From IMG/VR virus record IMGVR_UViG_3300029267_004155: DNA of 64,000 bases; one strand, written 5' to 3'. Below are positions 60,171-64,000 of this stretch, one piece after another (position 1 is the stretch's first letter; each line of letters starts with the position of its first letter). The notes under the pieces are model-generated. The model had not been told where the DNA came from. It ran no database searches and worked only from the letters and a program-made list of their open reading frames with translations. The stretch comes from a virus. Its lineage: Duplodnaviria; Caudoviricetes. The position numbers and the translations under genes were made by a program.

Positions 60171-62250
60171 ATGGGTGAGGTGGTCGAGGGCTACGTGGTC
60201 CACTGGTGCCCGTCCTGTGGACGCCTGTGGGTATGGGAGAGCCGGCGGCTGCCTGACGAGATGGTGGTGTTCGACGTGGTCGAGAGGTGTGACGACGGGG
60301 GTTTCTGCTGGCATGATCGTGACGAGGTGGTTTTGCGGTTCTCTCCTGGGGAGGTCGGGGTTTGGCGCGAGGATGCTGGGTGGCCGGCATCCACAGGGAG
60401 CCGGGGCTGGAGGCGCATGGCGGTCTCCGGTGTCCCGTCTGCGACTTCCGGTTGGCGGGTGGCCACGTCGGGGGTGCCCGGGGTGCGGGGCGAGGCCCTT
60501 TCCCCTGTCGGGACGGGAGGAGTCGGGGGAGGTCGCCTGCTCGGGGAGGTTGAGTTTCTGGGAGGTGGTGGCTGTCTCGGAGGGGGTTGGGGGCGTATAG
60601 TGTCTTGACGGCCGGCGTCTTCATGTGGATGACGGGTTCGTGTCCGACTCGCCGGGCTTGCCGGCCGCGAAGCTGTTGGTCCGTGCGGGTGCTCCTGAGG
60701 GGGCGACGGCGGGCGTCCCCGGTAACGGGCCCTTCCCGCCATTCCTGGAGGTTCGGGTGAGGCTGGTGGGTCACGACGAGAGTTGGTGGGCGTGTCTGTC
60801 GTGCGGTCACGTGGTCCACCGGGTCAGGAGGGGCGCTGTCCGGGACGGCTGCTCCTGCGGGGCTTGCGGGAAGGCGGCCTGGTGGGAGCGGTTCGTGATC
60901 GGCGAGGTGGTCGCCGTCCGCGAGGAGGTGTTCGACGTTCGCGAGGAGGTGTTCGATGGAGAATCTGGTTGACATCTTGACGCGCGGCCTTGCCGAGGTT
61001 CGGGCGGTCCGGGCCTCGGGGGCGGTTCGCGAGTGGGTCTCCGGGGACGTGTCGGTCTCCCTTCTGGAGGTTCCGGACGGGCGGTCCCGCGCCGTGGCGC
61101 GCTCCCCCGATGGCCGGGACGTGCTCGTCCTTCTCTTCGAGGACGCCGGGGCTCTTCGCGAGCTGGTCGAGGGCGTGGTCCGGGAGGCCGGGGCCCTTCG
61201 CGAGCTGGTCGGGGCCGGGGGCGGCACGAGGCTGATGGTCGCCGTCCGGGGGTCTCTGACGGGGCTGGCCCTGGTTGGCGACGGCTGGCGGTGGGCGGCG
61301 GTCGACGGCCCTTGACGGGGCCGTTCCTGCCGCGGGTCGGCGCTTTTCCCGGAGCCGTCCGGCGGGATCGGGCTTTTCACCGTGGGCGAGGAGGCTGGTG
61401 ATGGTTTCGGAGTGCGTGGTCTGGCGTTGCGGGCGTTGCGGGTGGGAGGGCGTGGGTGACGGGAGCTGTCCTGGTTGCGACAGGTCCGGGGCCTTCTGGA
61501 CCGACGACGGCCTCATGCGTCCTCGCGAGGCGGGGTCCTTCGAGGACGGCGAGGTCCTGGCGAGGCACGAGGAGCTGGGGCGGCTCGCCGGATGGATTGT
61601 CTTCAGCTGCCCGGGTTGCGGCTGGGTTGGCCGCGGGGCGCCCACGGAGGTGCTTCCTGACGGCTCCTGGGGGTCCGGGAGGGTTTGCCCCGGGTGTTCG
61701 AGGCTCGGCGTGTCCGAAGAGGGTTACGTGTCCGCGGACGGCCTTGACGTGACGGCGGCGGCGGAGGTGGTTCGGACGAGGTTTCGGGGGCGTGGTGGTC
61801 TGAGAAGAGGAGGTTGTTGATGAGGCGGACGGGTAGGAGCCTGATGGCGTGCGCGTTCTGCGGCGAGCTTCTTCGCGGGAAGGAGCTTGCTCCTCCTGGC
61901 CGGGTGGCCTGGAGGTGCGCGGTGGGGCGTCCGGAGATGGGCGACGGGAGGGAGCTGTGGAGGCCCGCGGCCGACTACCACGGCCTGCGGCTTCCGGCCA
62001 GGTGCTGGCTCCGGAGGGGGGAGGTGGTCTGTGCCGAGGTGTCTTGAGGCGTGCTCCGGGTGCGGGTTCCTGAGCGGGGCGGCGACGGCCTTGGGCGAGA
62101 CGGTGCCTGCTCGCCGTGGTGGTGGACGAGCGCGGCCCGCGGGGGGAGCCGCGGGCTCGTGGTGGGCCGTTCGAGGGCACGGAGCTGCCGGCAGCTCCGT
62201 GCCCGTACTCGACGGGCGAGGTCGGGGCCTTGGACGAGGAGGTTGGATGA
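60171..62250 (+). other. Small, partly decayed Cys-rich genes (60171-60608, 60625-60972, 60956-61315, 61401-61820, 61820-62047, frameshifted about 62030-62250)
   Basis: RBSs, CxxC motifs, acidic tags. Confidence 0.5.
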
Positions 62251-62516
62251 GCGTCACGAAGGAGGGGATCATAGCGAAGGCCCTGTCGACTCCGGAGGGT
62301 CGCCAGGAGCTGGCCCGGGCGATGTGGCCGTACGCCTGCGACGTCTGCGGGCGCTTCCCGATGAACTGGAAGGGTCTCGGGGTGAGGCCGGTGGAGACGT
62401 GCCCGGCGTGTGGCGCCGTCTGGTTCGACGCCGAGAGGAAGTGGGTGCCCGACGGCGACGTTGGGGCTTCGGACGAGGTTTCGGGGGCGTGGTGGTCGGA
62501 GAAGAGGAGGTGCGAC
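62247..62516 (+). CDS. Capsid-N-terminus-like helix + Zn ribbon + tag; no stop, runs in frame into the sulfotransferase
   Basis: GAGGAGG RBS; KEGIIAKALSTPEGRQELARAM. Confidence 0.6.
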
Positions 62517-63194
62517 GTGATAATAGGTGAGAACTTCGCGTGGGGCCACATTCCGAGGACCGGCGGCACCTTGACGGCCTGCCGGTTCGTCGAGGCTGCC
62601 AGGCTGTGCGGCGCGGCCTTGTCGGTGGACGGCGACCTGTCTCATTCCAAGCACGACCCCTTCCCCGCCCGGGCCGTGGAGGGCAAGGTCCTGGTCCTGA
62701 GCGTGCGCAGGCTGCCGTCCCTCTACCTGTCCTGGCTCGTGATGATGTCTGGCAGGCTGCGCCCCGGCGATCCCGTCTGCGGGGACTACGGGGGCGGGGT
62801 GTGGCCCTGCTACGTGCCTCTGCCGACGCCCACCAGGGGCCAGGTGCTCGGGGTCGAGGACTACCGCGTGCGCGACTTCGTGGACGTCTACGGTCCCCTG
62901 CGGTGCTTCCCGGACGCCTATCTCAGGTCCTTCACGGACGACGGGAGGCTGAAGGTGGACCACCACATCCGGCTGGAGTTCCTCGACCGGGATTTCCGGC
63001 GGGTGGCCGTGGCGCTGGGGATGGACTACGACGAGGACGCGTTCCGGCCCGTGGCGCCCGGGGCCAAGGTCGTCTTCTCGTACGACCACGACGTCGCGGG
63101 GTATTTCTCGGAGGGCGACCTGGAGGTCCTGTACGCCAACAACCCCCTGTGGGCCGCGATGGAGGCCGAGGTCTATGGCGGGGTGCCCGGATGA
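62517..63194 (+). CDS. Sulfotransferase family 2-like protein
   Basis: HIPRTGGT PAPS-binding loop, VR..S.Y.SW, IRLE.L..DF; own GAGGAGG RBS. Confidence 0.75.
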   Translation: MIIGENFAWGHIPRTGGTLTACRFVEAARLCGAALSVDGDLSHSKHDPFPARAVEGKVLVLSVRRLPSLYLSWLVMMSGRLRPGDPVCGDYGGGVWPCYVPLPTPTRGQVLGVEDYRVRDFVDVYGPLRCFPDAYLRSFTDDGRLKVDHHIRLEFLDRDFRRVAVALGMDYDEDAFRPVAPGAKVVFSYDHDVAGYFSEGDLEVLYANNPLWAAMEAEVYGGVPG

Positions 63195-63412
63195 GAAGGT
63201 GTCTCGACGCGTGTAGGGGCTGTCGGTTCTGGCGGGCGCGGGTGCGGCTCGGCGCCGACGACCTCTACAGGTGCGTGTGTTTCGTCGTTTCCTTCGGTGG
63301 CGGGGTGATGGCGGAGGACTGGGCCTCTCGGGGCGTCTACGAGGGTCGCCATCTCCCGGCCGGGTGCCTGGCCCTCGGCGATGTTGCGACCGTGGACGAG
63401 GAGCTGTCATGA
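63191..63412 (+). CDS. Cys-rich protein with acidic tag
   Basis: Ends GDVATVDEEL. Confidence 0.6.
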   Translation: MRRCLDACRGCRFWRARVRLGADDLYRCVCFVVSFGGGVMAEDWASRGVYEGRHLPAGCLALGDVATVDEELS

Positions 63413-63681
63413 GCGACGCGGGCCGCTTGACCGCCGACGACCTGAGCGTGGCCTTCGAGAAGATCGAGAGGACGGACGCTCAGGCCGGGGCCGTGACGGT
63501 GGGCGTCGAGGCCTGGGAGGAGCTGGGGAGGATGGGGTCCGACGCCCTGGTGCCCGCGACGGAGGAGGAGCTGTTCAGGAACGGCTTCGTCGGGTCGATC
63601 TGGGGCGCCAACCTGCATGTCTCGTGCCCTCCTGGCGAGGTGATGGCGAGTGACGAGGTGATCGAGAGGCGTATGGTGTGA
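63409..63681 (+). CDS. 90-aa protein resembling an isolated major capsid protein A-domain segment
   Basis: LT.DDL..AFEKIE..D..AT.EEL..G.VGSIWGANLHVS. Confidence 0.65.
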   Translation: MSDAGRLTADDLSVAFEKIERTDAQAGAVTVGVEAWEELGRMGSDALVPATEEELFRNGFVGSIWGANLHVSCPPGEVMASDEVIERRMV

Positions 63682-63748
63682 CGACGGACGCGGATGAGAG
63701 GAACGGGATCGTGGCGGTCGACGGGACGAAGGACGGGACCGGGGTGGC

Positions 63749-63988
63749 ATGATGGTTTTCTCGAAGGTGTTCGGGACGATGGCGTCGGGAAGGAGGCTGT
63801 CCGCCGACTGGGCACCGGCGGTCGCGGCCTGCGGTCTTTGTCATGCCTCTGTCCTGAGGGGCGACGGCGAGGGCAACTTCGCGGCTCTGGGCGTCTGTCC
63901 GAGGTGCGGGGCCGTCCGCGTCGGCGTGACGGGGAAGTGGGTCCTGGGCGAGGTGGTGGTGAGAGAGGAGGAGAAAGCGGATGGATGA
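63749..63988 (+). CDS. Zn-ribbon protein with acidic tag
   Basis: CGLC..CPRC..GEVVVREEE. Confidence 0.6.
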   Translation: MMVFSKVFGTMASGRRLSADWAPAVAACGLCHASVLRGDGEGNFAALGVCPRCGAVRVGVTGKWVLGEVVVREEEKADG

Positions 63989-64000
63989 GAAGGCGTCCGG

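Noticed and set aside
51058-63988. Acidic tag as a T4/phiKZ-type prohead protease site
   Set aside because: Spacing is mostly A-x-x-E rather than the (A/S/G/I/L)-x-E of those proteases; kept only as a weak alternative.
1-64000. Many long minus-strand and alternative-frame ORFs (e.g. 6929-8998, 38977-40776, 61377-63410)
   Set aside because: Pro/Arg/His-rich shadows of GC-rich + strand genes with no motifs or RBSs.
1-64000. Stop-codon recoding; tRNA or rRNA genes
   Set aside because: Genes tile well under code 11 using all three stops; no cloverleaf or rRNA-like segment was recognised.

Overview
GC-rich, gene-dense stretch with essentially all real genes on the + strand, many short overlapping (ATGA/GTGA) ORFs, no bacterial core operons and two inteins. 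This is most consistent with an accessory/early region of a large (jumbo-type) dsDNA phage or phage-like circular replicon. Recognisable genes: an intein-split C5 DNA methyltransferase, an IscS-type cysteine desulfurase, two tandem matrixin-type metalloprotease modules, a GT10 fucosyltransferase, a DUF559 nuclease, an intein-containing RfbB, RfbD, a sulfotransferase, a HARE-HTH protein, a P-loop kinase, a TopoVI-A-like TOPRIM protein, three SAM methyltransferases, a degenerate ComM/YifB, RadC-JAB, a serpin-like protein, and MazG-like and HD-like proteins. Non-coding signals: a six-copy bipartite motif GTGGAAAAC-N11-GGCAATAT upstream of genes, and a dif-like XerCD site at 59.6 kb next to imperfect repeats and an A-to-T strand-bias switch. 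Most unusual: from about 51 to 64 kb, roughly 20 small, mostly Zn-ribbon (CxxCGWxG) proteins share an acidic G-[DE]-V-x-[AV]-x-[DE]-E tag, and several carry embedded pieces resembling a large-phage major capsid protein (one possibly terminase/portal). This could be a modular decoy or cargo array. All family assignments come from motif recognition by eye; no searches were run.
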